A DNA stretch of 64,000 nt, taken from NCBI GenBank assembly GCA_964016885.1, contig OZ024748.1, positions 1,798,001-1,862,000 on the forward strand, in the 5' to 3' direction. Source of the DNA: Eledone cirrhosa (Eukaryota). A model generated the notes under the pieces. That model had not been told where the DNA came from, ran no database searches, and worked only from the letters and a program-made list of their open reading frames with translations. This document shows positions 13,071-25,659 of this stretch, piece after piece (position 1 is the stretch's first letter; every line of letters begins with the position of its first letter). A program made the position numbers and the translations under genes.

Positions 13071-13309
13071 TTCATATAATATATTTAGGAATAACAGAAT
13101 AAAATCAATTAGACTTGAATTGTAGGCTCATGCCAAATGGCCTACCTGCTACCATCTCTCTACTGGTTTGGATGCTTTACATTTTGGAATGCATGTAAAG
13201 AATATTTCATTGATTTTCTTCAAAATATCTTTCACTAAAATTATTCAACATTTTACGGATTAATGATTTTAATCTATTATAGAGATATATGTAAAATCTA
13301 TTAGAGGGC

Positions 13310-13383
13310 AGTGTGTATATGTGTTTATGTGTGTGTGTGTGAACACTTATGTGTATGTGTGTGTTTGTGTGTGTATATTTGCA

Positions 13384-13418
<35 letters not shown>

Positions 13419-13510
13419 ACACATGTATGCATATGTGTGTCTGTATTTGTGTGCATGTGCACATGTATGCATATGTGTGTGTTTTGAGGGGGGTGAGAGA
13501 GAGAGAGATA
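13310..13510. repeat. Compound (GT)n/(GA)n microsatellite
   Basis: Read directly. Confidence 0.95.
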
Positions 13511-14329
13511 AGTAGGTAAGGTGAAGGTTGATTATTCTGTAACCAAATTTCCTTATAACATTGTTCTGCTGAAACATTGACTAAAAGAATTTTATATTCC
13601 AATTTCATGTTAAATATCAATTATACTAAGCTTTCATAAATATGTTGTTTCATCATTGTTTTACATCCATTTCCCCCTGCTAGCAAAGGTTGTACGGGGC
13701 TTCACAGACCAAGTCAGTTTTCAACCAGGGCTATGATCCCAATGAGTGCATTTTACATGGCACCAGCACTTAGGGAGGTTATCACATCTTTCACACAAGA
13801 GTCTTCCTGACCCTTTGTTTGACAGGTTTTTTTTTTATCACCAACCACTTTACGGCATGTACTCTGCATAGAATGTTTGTTGTTCTTATTGCCATGTAAC
13901 CCCAGGTCTACCTTATCCAGCAGAACTATGGTCAAATGCATTCCAGCCATGATCAACTTGTCTTTTTAGATTTATGTAGGATATTTAATTGATTGAGTGA
14001 CCATGGAGATATTGATCTCTTGTTGGCATCTTGTATGTAGATTATCTTGGTGTAGTGACACATATAGAATGACAAAGTTGTATATTGTAACTTCAACAAT
14101 TGCAATAAACTCTTTAGACCTAGCCAACCCACGTTAGCTTAAAACAGATTTTTAAAAATGTTAGGATAAAATTAATAATTAATCTTTGAAATCCGAGACC
14201 TTATGCCTATGTTAGAAATCAACATTTTACTATTTTTTTAGATTTAACATATCCCTCTGGCTTAGGTAGTTGATTTCATAATTTGATTATACATTAGTAT
14301 CTTTTCTTTTTATCACTAGAAGGAAGGGC

Positions 14330-14718
14330 ACTATCCATGACTCTTTTCAGAGCTTCCAAAATTTGTAGCAGAGAGGAATAAAGGTATGCTTAAACCAGAG
14401 ACCTTGTTTGCATGCTTGCAGCACAATAGGTTTTACTAAAGGTACCAAAAGGTCAGGTGGTGGTGTTAAACTAGTCAACTACACAAGCAGGCAACAGTAA
14501 AATTTGAAATCGGATCATGAAGAGGTGAAACAATGTCACAAGTCATTCAGTCAAACGTTCTAATGACACTATCAGTCTACTGGTATATTATTTATCAACT
14601 TTGGAAAGATGACAAATAAAGTTGAGTTTGGCAGAATTTGAACTCAGAATGCAAAGAGCTGGAATTTATACCACAAAAGCTGATTATCAAATGTTCTAAT
14701 ACTTCTGCCAATTTGCCT
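14330..14718 (-). mobile_element. SINE type B copy followed by a SINE type A copy
   Basis: 14350-14490 is homologous to 1-150; 14580-14718 is the reverse complement of the type A head and centre. Confidence 0.6.
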
Positions 14719-16699
14719 GATAGTTAATATTTAGAAATATTAATAGTATGCAGTAAAGGATTCGGCAATTGCATTTGTTACTTCCACCCTAATATAGTTT
14801 GGTGCCCCTTCCAAACAGAGGATTGTTTTCATACTTGGGTGCATCTAAAATTATGGGTTTCTATGAATTGAAATAAAAAAAAACAATATATAATTATAGA
14901 ATATTATGATTAAAAAAAATCTTCATTTAAAATAGAAATAATTATTTTTGCTGTTGGGTTTTATTTTTCATTTTTGTTTGATTCTTTTTTTTTTCATTTT
15001 CTTGTCATTTCTTCCTTTTTTTTTCTAAAACTTATTTATATATTTATTAATGGACTGCCATTTCTATTCCAGTTCTTATCTGAGCTGCTTAAGAGATCTA
15101 CACTGGGACAGATGAACACTGTTATAGGATTATATAATATTTGTTGGTCCTATTTTTGGTATTTATTATATTAGATCATGTAGCATTATTGATTAAATTA
15201 TTTTCCATTATTAAGCACTGTCACATGCTATATCTTATGCTAGATGAAGCATTTCAAACAGCCCACTATTTCAATTTCCTCTCTCTTATATATATATATA
15301 TATTCTGTTCTATTCTACATTTTTCTCCCACCTATTTTCTTTCATATATATTTGGAACAATGATTCCAAATGATGCCCGGACAGAGTTTTATTAAAAAAA
15401 CAAAAGCAAAAAATATTTTCCCCTTCTCATTATTGCACAAAGTTTGGAACATAAAAAATATAAATAGTACTTTGTGAATACTTAACTGAGCTTAATTGAC
15501 TGGTTGTGTTAGTTGACTAAAAATATCAGGTATTATATATAAATGATGTATGCTGACATTTTCACAATTTTGTATTTGTTAGTTTTATTAAGACTAGCAA
15601 TTTACTGTAAATACCCAGTTTAGATCAGGTACACCATATACCTGTGTGTTGTAGGAGGTGGCTAAAAGGGTTGTTGCCAGGAAGGTTATCCAGCTATAAA
15701 ACCTTGCTACAAAATGATACAGTCAATGAGTATGATTAAACCTATTATAGGGCCCACAAGAATAACCCCTACTTTAGTTGGGAAAATGGCCTTAAAATAT
15801 TTGTATTATGACTTTAGAAGCAATGTGTTGTTGTAATAAGCACTGAGTATCTAGGAATACATTTTCCATTATAGAGTCTTCCGTATTGTTTAAGGTGGAA
15901 CGGTGTAATTCGAGGGAGGCTTCATTGCTGTTACTAGCAGGTTACGCTACCACATAGCGGCTGACTTGTTTGGTCATTTTATTGCAAACCTTTGGACAAA
16001 GACAATATGAACACTTCATGTATTGTTTTCCATCAGCAAAAGAAAACTTTGTATCCCTTCACATCTGCATTCAGGAAGGGGATGGGAAGTCAACTTGCTT
16101 TCCATGTACCCCTTTGCATCTGGTTTGGGTTCAGAAGGAGCTGTAAGTTCTGTAAGATGTTACAATAAATCTAAGATACACAATAACATTGACCATCCTG
16201 CCTTATGTTATCTAGTTCTATTTATAAAACCAGCCAGGTAGATTTGGTTACTGCATCAGCCAATTTAGTGATTATATTAGAAATTATTTTGATACTTTGA
16301 ATAATTCCGATACAGATCTTGTGATTAGATTTGAAACTTCATTGTTTTATAATTATTCTTTGCTTAGGAAATGTCTTGGAGAGAAAAGAAGGGGATTTTA
16401 ATAATTTACCTTGTGTCTTATTGTTTGGATAGCTTGCTTTTGACCAAGCAGTTACCTTTGCTTCTCCTTTCTTTTAATTTATTAAGATATATCTATATTT
16501 TATGTTCACCCCTTTGATACCAAATCACCTTACAGTGTCATTCCGCTATATTTCTAAAATCAAATCCCATTTTCTTTAATCTAAACATTGGGATGTTAAG
16601 TTTGTGAGTGACAGTAACAGTATATGACCTACTAGCATTTTAGATACATCTCTAATACTCTATTGATTTGACTATCTTATTCTTTAGATCTTATTTGAA

Positions 16700-16797
16700 G
16701 AGGTTAGCTTTGCCTTTCATCCTTACAGGGTCGATAAAATAAAGTACCAGTATTGCACTGGGGTAATTGATGGCCTTGTGCCAAAAGTAGAAACAAT
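16700..16797 (+). mobile_element. 5'-truncated SINE type A
   Basis: tttgcctttcatccttacagggtcgataaaataaagtaccag...ggccttgtgccaaaagtagaaacaat. Confidence 0.85.
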
Positions 16798-17970
16798 ATA
16801 TACTAAGGGATAAGTTGCAGTTTTCTTTTTACTAAATAACCGGGTGTGGAAAAATGCTTGTAACTTATCTACTAAGCATTGCTCAAGGCTTGAAATTTGA
16901 AGTACACTCTAAGATAATCACATATTCATATATGCATGTGCACAAACATACACAGAGGCAAATGATTGAATATGTACGGTAGGTTGGTCATATCAATAGT
17001 CAATACAAATATCAATGTTGTAAACAAATAGATGTTGATATGACACCTCACACAAAAACAAAATGACTTTCATATGTGTGAAACATATACAGTTTTCTAT
17101 TGGCCAGCTCTACTCCTAATGCTACATATATTCTCAGTCAATTAGGAGTGTCAATTTGAAAGCAGCAGTTAATCTGAGAATAAAAACATATTGCTATGAT
17201 ATCTATGGTTCCAAGACGCTGCTAGACTGTATTGGTAACGAATATGATTATTTGTGCTAAATAGTTTCTTTTTATTTAAACACAACTGCAGACAATATTG
17301 CAAATAGTATTTACGAAAAGAAATGTGTGATGTATGTGTGGTCAAAGGCTGAAGCTAAATCATTATAAACACACAAGAGGCGTGTCTCATCTACATATAT
17401 ACAGTTTATTATACAGACTATTTATTTGGATCACAGGTGTTGGTTATTCATGTCATTCTCTCTCATTGAGACCAGTTAGATGATAGACAAACTTTACTTG
17501 TGCTTAACCCTAATCTGACACCCTTCTGACAAAGAAGCATGGTGTTTAGTATTTATTAATATGCATTATTAAAGTTGCATGTGACAGTTACTATAAAATG
17601 ACAATGGTTTGATTTGATTTTCATTCAAATATTTTAATTGTTGTTATTGAAATTTGGACTTGTGTAATTATTTAGAATTACGATATGCATTTGTGGTTTC
17701 AGGAAACAAATGGATATTAAGACCCCCTACTCTGTTTCTATTCTGTATATTTTACAAAACAAAATGTTTTCCCTATTATATGTAATGCATTCGTTACAGT
17801 CAGTTAATTATTCAGATGTAAATCAGTTATTTTTAGTTGAATTTGTTTTCCTCAAGCTAAATTAAGACTTTAGTTATTCAATTTCCAAACAATACTTTGT
17901 TTTCTGTGGTCTTAATACCCTCTATTGAAACACATTTTAATTATAGTTTGTTGAATAAGTGAAAAACCAC

Positions 17971-18030
<60 letters not shown>

Positions 18031-18559
18031 TACAAGTACAAAGAATATTCTTTCATAGAAACACATCTCGAGTAAAATTAATATTAAAAATATATTTTTT
18101 CTTAATTTTTTTTATACACTGTGCAATGATTTTATGTTTAAAATTTTTTTTCTTCAATATTTTGAATGATATCCAATGTTACAAATCTCAACTTGTAATG
18201 AAATTGATAATCTTCTTTTAATCAGATTTTGGTATTCTATGAAATTATAAAATTTCAATATCAGACTGCTGATTAATTTTTTTCCTCGTTTGTATTTGTA
18301 TTTAGAAATGGCCATCAGTTTTGTATATGAATATCTTTAAGTTGTTTTTGATTCAATGAGAATCTTTCATAATTCTATAAAGATTAATGTGAGAATATGT
18401 GGCAAACATTGAAGAAGAAAAAAAAAATAATATAGCTTCTTACAAACAGAGACCACAATGTTTTTTCCACCCCCAGTTAGAAAAGTAATTTCTATTTGTT
18501 TGTTAATATGTTGTCATGAACATCTTGGTTACCTCTTCACTACCCACCTCAATAACAAA

Positions 18560-19030
18560 AGTGACTAATGTGCTTAGCTAAGAAAAGACTGATATGTGCC
18601 TAGTTGAAATGCGACTGATATGTACCTAGCTAAAGATAGACTAATATGTGCCTAGCTAAAAGGAGACCAGTGTGTACCTCACTAAAAAAAAACCAATATG
18701 TGCCCAGGTATGAAGAGATAAATGTGTGTCTAGCTATAAAGAGACTAACATGTGCCTAGCTTAAATGATACTAGTGTGTGCCTAGCTTAAAATATACCAA
18801 TATGTACCTAGCTAAAAAGACATTTGTGTCTGGCTGAAAAGACATCAATGTTTCTAGCTCAAAGAGAGACCAATGTGTGCCTAGCTAAAATATCTCCAAC
18901 ATGTGCCTAGCTAAAAATACACCAATGTTTGCCTAGCCATACAATTGCTTATATGTGCCTAACTTAACACTCACTAATGTAGGCCCAGCTAAAAAGACAC
19001 CAATGTGTCTGACCAAAAAGACAAATGTTA
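18560..19030. repeat. Degenerate minisatellite, unit about 27-30 bp (ctaatgtgtgcctagctaaaaagagac), about 16 copies
   Basis: The tgtgcctagctaaa core recurs at about 28 bp spacing. Confidence 0.9.
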
Positions 19031-19509
19031 ATGAGATTAAAATTATTATTTTCTCATATTTACCTTATGTTTTAATTGGTTTGATGTCTTGTTATGAAGC
19101 TTTTTATGGATCCCTTCAAGACTAACCACTGCTTTAGTAGCAGAAAATGGCCTTAAGCCACAAATGCATGAATGTGAATCTCTTGCAGGATCTCCAAGAC
19201 TGGGTTGCTGAAAGAGATGTGATCAGTATCCATAATAAACATTTAGAGGTGAATGTTTGGTGAGAAACATGGGCAGAGAGAGTGAGAGAGATAGAGGGAG
19301 AGAGAGAGGGGGATAGAGAGAGGGAGAGTCTGTGTGAAGAATAGCCAAGTGTTTATTACCTTTTTATATGAGGTTTTGTGACTTAGAAGATGTATATTGC
19401 ATGAATTTATTTGTGAGATTTTTGTGTGAGCAGATGGTGTTGATATTTAGCTTCAAATCAGCATCCTTATTCCTTGTTCAGGCATTTTTTGTCTTAATTT
19501 AAATGCTAC

Positions 19510-19903
19510 AATAATTGTTGCTGATATTGGCACAAGACCAGTTATTTAGGTGAAGGGAAAAGTCAATTAAATCAACCCCAGTACTAAACTGGTACTTTAT
19601 TTCAGCAATCCACCTCTACCTATCCCCAGAAGAATGAAAGACACAGAAGGTAAAGAACCAGAACCAATACTACAAAGTATCTGTCCAACGTGTTGCCAAT
19701 CCATCACCCTTATCTAAATGCTATAATAATTGTTTCTACTTTTGGCACAAGGCCAGCAATTATCCCAGTGCATTACTGGTACTTTATTTTATCGACCCCG
19801 TAAGGATGAAACCTCAGTGGGATTTGAACTCAGACCGTAAAGGGGCGTAACTCTATGATGCAAAGCATGGTGTCCGACCATCTACCGATACTGCCAATCC
19901 ACC
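19510..19903 (-). mobile_element. Two tandem SINE type A copies (older 19510-19712, younger 19726-19903)
   Basis: Reverse complement of 38151-38340; taaatgcta(c/t)aataat is directly repeated at about 19500 and 19716. Confidence 0.85.
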
Positions 19904-20049
19904 AACAAAGAGTAACATCCTTTTTCTCTCTCTCTCTCATCTTCCTTTTCTTTCTAACTGGATTTAAATCATTAACAGATGGTCTACACTTATAAAATGA
20001 TGAATTTGCACATTTACATGTCACTTATAAAAAAAAAAAAAAAAAAATA

Positions 20050-20170
20050 CAACGGTTGGCACCAGGGAGGGTATCTGGCTGTAAAATACTGTTTCAAAAT
20101 AATGAAGTCTTACCCAATCCATGCCAGCATGGAAACACAAACCTAAAGAACAATCATGATGATGATGACC
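20050..20170 (+). mobile_element. RTE 3'-tail fragment; similar tails at about 13650, 26725, 26915, 34520, 36020, 39370, 43575, 43780-44000, 47000, 51420, 52610, 53130-53330, 53970, 54300, 59700
   Basis: ccaatccatgccagcatggaaa...(gat)n is the same 3' terminus as the LINEs at 11368 and 48461. Confidence 0.75.
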
Positions 20171-20390
20171 AAAAACATTTTCTCTCATTAGCCTCTTTTT
20201 TCAGCCTCCACACTGCTAGTTCCCACACCTAGGGTAGTGGACAGTTGGTGGCTGATTAAATGGGGAAATAGTATTTGTATGTAATGTCACAGTTTTAAAG
20301 TTTTCAAAGGAAACAATGCAGATTAAGAGAGACTTTTACGTATTTTTATCAATTGTGAAAGGTCATAGTCATTATCTTCATAGATATTTG

Positions 20391-23300
20391 ATGATAGGTG
20401 TGTTAATCTTGATAAATGTCTACTGTAAGTAAATGATAGGTGTGTTAATCTTGATAAATGTCTACTGTAAGTAAATGATAGGTGTGTTAATCTTGATAAA
20501 TGTCTACTGTAAGTAAATGATAGGTGTGTTAATCTTGATAAATGTCTACTGTAAGTAAATGATAGGTGTGTTAATCTTGATAAATGTCTACTGAAAGTAA
20601 ATGATAGGTGTGTTAATCTTGATAAATGTCTACTGTCAGTAAATGATAGGTGTGTTAATCTTGATAAATGTCTACTGAAAGTAAATGATAGGTGTGTTAA
20701 TCTTGATAAATGTCTACTGAAAGTAAATGATAGGTGTGTTAATCTTGATAAATGTCTACTGAAAGTAAATGATAGGTGTGTTAATCTTGATAAATGTCTA
20801 CTGTAAGTAAATGATAGGTGTGTTAATCTTGATAAATGTCTACTGTAAGTAAATGATAGGTGTGTTAATCTTGATAAATGTCTACTGAAAGTAAATGATA
20901 GGTGTGTTAATCTTGATAAATGTCTACTGTAAGTAAATGATAGGTGTGTTAATCTTGATAAATGTCTACTGAAAGTAAATGATAGGTGTGTTAATCTTGA
21001 TAAATGTCTACTGTAAGTAAATGATAGGTGTGTTAATCTTGATAAATGTCTACTGTAAGTAAATGATAGGTGTGTTAATCTTGATAAAGTAATGTCTGCT
21101 GTAAGTAAATGATAGGTGTGTTAATCTTGATAAATGTCTACTGTAAGTAAATGATAGGTGTGTTAATCTTGATAAATGTCTACTGAAAGTAAATGATAGG
21201 TGTGTTAATCTTGATAAATGTCTACTGTAAGTAAATGATAGGTGTGTTAATCTTGATAAAGTAATGTCTGCTGTAAGTAAATGATAGGTGTGTTAATCTT
21301 GATAAATGTCTACTGTAAGTAAATGATAGGTGTGTTAATCTTGATAAATGTCTACTGAAAGTAAATGATAGGTGTGTTAATCTTGATAAATGTCTACTGA
21401 AAGTAAATGATAGGTGTGTTAATCTTGATAAATGTCTACTGTCAGTAAATGATAGGTGTGTTAATCTTGATAAATGTCTACTGTAAGTAAATGATAGGTG
21501 TGTTAATCTTGATAAATGTCTACTGTAAGTAAATGATAGGTGTGTTAATCTTGATAAATGTCTACTGTCAGTAAATGATAGGTGTGTTAATCTTGATAAA
21601 TGTCTACTGTCAGTAAATGATAGGTGTGTTAATCTTGATAAATGTCTACTGTCAGTAAATGATAGGTGTGTTAATCTTGATAAATGTCTACTGTCAGTAA
21701 ATGATAGGTGTGTTAATCTTGATAAATGTCTACTGTAAGTAAATGATAGGTGTGTTAATCTTGATAAATGTCTACTGTCAGTAAATGATAGGTGTGTTAA
21801 TCTTGATAAATGTCTACTGTCAGTAAATGATAGGTGTGTTAATCTTGATAAATGTCTACTGTAAGTAAATGATAGGTGTGTTAATCTTGATAAATGTCTA
21901 CTGTCAGTAAATGATAGGTGTGTTAATCTTGATAAATGTCTACTGAAAGTAAATGATAGGTGTGTTAATCTTGATAAATGTCTACTGAAAGTAAATGATA
22001 GGTGTGTTAATCTTGATAAATGTCTACTGAAAGTAAATGATAGGTGTGTTAATCTTGATAAATGTCTACTGTAAGTAAATGATAGGTGTGTTAATCTTGA
22101 TAAATGTCTACTGTCAGTAAATGATAGGTGTGTTAATCTTGATAAATGTCTACTGAAAGTAAATGATAGGTGTGTTAATCTTGATAAATGTCTACTGAAA
22201 GTAAATGATAGGTGTGTTAATCTTGATAAATGTCTACTGAAAGTAAATGATAGGTGTGTTAATCTTGATAAATGTCTACTGTAAGTAAATGATAGGTGTG
22301 TTAATCTTGATAAATGTCTACTGAAAGTAAATGATAGGTGTGTTAATCTTGATAAATGTCTACTGTAAGTAAATGATAGGTGTGTTAATCTTGATAAATG
22401 TCTACTGTAAGTAAATGATAGGTGTGTTAATCTTGATAAATGTCTACTGAAAGTAAATGATAGGTGTGTTAATCTTGATAAATGTCTACTGTCAGTAAAT
22501 GATAGGTGTGTTAATCTTGATAAATGTCTACTGAAAGTAAATGATAGGTGTGTTAATCTTGATAAATGTCTACTGAAAGTAAATGATAGGTGTGTTAATC
22601 TTGATAAATGTCTACTGAAAGTAAATGATAGGTGTGTTAATCTTGATAAATGTCTACTGTAAGTAAATGATAGGTGTGTTAATCTTGATAAATGTCTACT
22701 GTAAGTAAATGATAGGTGTGTTAATCTTGATAAATGTCTACTGTAAGTAAATGATAGGTGTGTTAATCTTGATAAATGTCTACTGAAAGTAAATGATAGG
22801 TGTGTTAATCTTGATAAATGTCTACTGTAAGTAAATGATAGGTGTGTTAATCTTGATAAAGTAATGTCTGCTGTAAGTAAATGATAGGTGTGTTAATCTT
22901 GATAAATGTCTACTGTAAGTAAATGATAGGTGTGTTAATCTTGATAAATGTCTACTGTAAGTAAATGATAGGTGTGTTAATCTTGATAAATGTCTACTGA
23001 AAGTAAATGATAGGTGTGTTAATCTTGATAAATGTCTACTGTAAGTAAATGATAGGTGTGTTAATCTTGATAAATGTCTACTGTAAGTAAATGATAGGTG
23101 TGTTAATCTTGATAAATGTCTACTGAAAGTAAATGATAGGTGTGTTAATCTTGATAAATGTCTACTGAAAGTAAATGATAGGTGTGTTAATCTTGATAAA
23201 TGTCTACTGTAAGTAAATGATAGGTGTGTTAATCTTGATAAAGTAATGTCTGCTGTAAGTAAATGATAGGTGTGTTAATCTTGATAAATGTCTACTGTAA

Positions 23301-25659
23301 GTAAATGATAGGTGTGTTAATCTTGATAAATGTCTACTGTAAGTAAATGATAGGTGTGTTAATCTTGATAAATGTCTACTGAAAGTAAATGATAGGTGTG
23401 TTAATCTTGATAAATGTCTACTGTAAGTAAATGATAGGTGTGTTAATCTTGATAAAGTAATGTCTGCTGTAAGTAAATGATAGGTGTGTTAATCTTGATA
23501 AATGTCTACTGTAAGTAAATGATAGGTGTGTTAATCTTGATAAATGTCTACTGAAAGTAAATGATAGGTGTGTTAATCTTGATAAATGTCTACTGTAAGT
23601 AAATGATAGGTGTGTTAATCTTGATAAAGTAATGTCTGCTGTAAGTAAATGATAGGTGTGTTAATCTTGATAAATGTCTACTGTAAGTAAATGATAGGTG
23701 TGTTAATCTTGATAAATGTCTACTGAAAGTAAATGATAGGTGTGTTAATCTTGATAAATGTCTACTGTAAGTAAATGATAGGTGTGTTAATCTTGATAAA
23801 GTAATGTCTGCTGTAAGTAAATGATAGGTGTGTTAATCTTGATAAATGTCTACTGTAAGTAAATGATAGGTGTGTTAATCTTGATAAATGTCTACTGTAA
23901 GTAAATGATAGGTGTGTTAATCTTGATAAATGTCTACTGAAAGTAAATGATAGGTGTGTTAATCTTGATAAATGTCTACTGTAAGTAAATGATAGGTGTG
24001 TTAATCTTGATAAAGTAATGTCTGCTGTAAGTAAATGATAGGTGTGTTAATCTTGATAAATGTCTACTGAAAGTAAATGATAGGTGTGTTAATCTTGATA
24101 AATGTCTACTGTAAGTAAATGATAGGTGTGTTAATCTTGATAAAGTAATGTCTGCTGTAAGTAAATGATAGGTGTGTTAATCTTGATAAATGTCTACTGT
24201 AAGTAAATGATAGGTGTGTTAATCTTGATAAATGTCTACTGTAAGTAAATGATAGGTGTGTTAATCTTGATAAATGTCTACTGAAAGTAAATGATAGGTG
24301 TGTTAATCTTGATAAATGTCTACTGTAAGTAAATGATAGGTGTGTTAATCTTGATAAATGTCTACTGAAAGTAAATGATAGGTGTGTTAATCTTGATAAA
24401 TGTCTACTGTAAGTAAATGATAGGTGTGTTAATCTTGATAAATGTCTACTGTAAGTAAATGATAGGTGTGTTAATCTTGATAAATGTCTACTGTAAGTAA
24501 ATGATAGGTGTGTTAATCTTGATAAATGTCTACTGAAAGTAAATGATAGGTGTGTTAATCTTGATAAATGTCTACTGTAAGTAAATGATAGGTGTGTTAA
24601 TCTTGATAAATGTCTACTGTAAGTAAATGATAGGTGTGTTAATCTTGATAAAGTAATGTCTGCTGTAAGTAAATGATAGGTGTGTTAATCTTGATAAATG
24701 TCTACTGTAAGTAAATGATAGGTGTGTTAATCTTGATAAATGTCTACTGTAAGTAAATGATAGGTGTGTTAATCTTGATAAATGTCTACTGTAAGTAAAT
24801 GATAGGTGTGTTAATCTTGATAAATGTCTACTGTAAGTAAATGATAGGTGTGTTAATCTTGATAAATGTCTACTGTAAGTAAATGATAGGTGTGTTAATC
24901 TTGATAAATGTCTACTGAAAGTAAATGATAGGTGTGTTAATCTTGATAAATGTCTACTGTAAGTAAATGATAGGTGTGTTAATCTTGATAAATGTCTACT
25001 GTAAGTAAATGATAGGTGTGTTAATCTTGATAAAGTAATGTCTGCTGTAAGTAAATGATAGGTGTGTTAATCTTGATAAATGTCTACTGTAAGTAAATGA
25101 TAGGTGTGTTAATCTTGATAAATGTCTACTGAAAGTAAATGATAGGTGTGTTAATCTTGATAAATGTCTACTGTAAGTAAATGATAGGTGTGTTAATCTT
25201 GATAAATGTCTACTGTAAGTAAATGATAGGTGTGTTAATCTTGATAAATGTCTACTGTAAGTAAATGATAGGTGTGTTAATCTTGATAAATGTCTACTGT
25301 AAGTAAATGATAGGTGTGTTAATCTTGATAAATGTCTACTGAAAGTAAATGATAGGTGTGTTAATCTTGATAAATGTCTACTGTAAGTAAATGATAGGTG
25401 TGTTAATCTTGATAAATGTCTACTGTAAGTAAATGATAGGTGTGTTAATCTTGATAAATGTCTACTGTAAGTAAATGATAGGTGTGTTAATCTTGATAAA
25501 GTAATGTCTGCTGTAAGTAAATGATAGGTGTGTTAATCTTGATAAATGTCTACTGTAAGTAAATGATAGGTGTGTTAATCTTGATAAAGTAATGTCTGCT
25601 GTAAGTAAATGATAGGTGTGTTAATCTTGATAAATGTCTACTGTAAGTAAATGATAGGT
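20391..25659. repeat. Large homogeneous minisatellite, 42 bp unit gtaaatgataggtgtgttaatcttgataaatgtctactgtaa, about 124 copies, including 13 copies of a 46 bp variant
   Basis: Read directly. Variants are ctgTAA/ctgAAA/ctgTCA and a gtaa insertion linked to tctGct. No unique spacers. Confidence 0.99.

Noticed and set aside
20391-20440. Origin of the 42 bp unit from the RTE 3'UTR (actgtaa..atga..tgtta vs actgtaaatgaggttggtgtta)
   Set aside because: The similarity needs a 4 bp gap and several mismatches in AT-rich sequence; too weak to claim without a statistical test.
20391-25659. CRISPR array interpretation of the 42 bp repeat
   Set aside because: Units are contiguous with no unique spacers, there are no cas genes, and the context is eukaryotic. 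The same applies to the arrays at 5896 and 32659.
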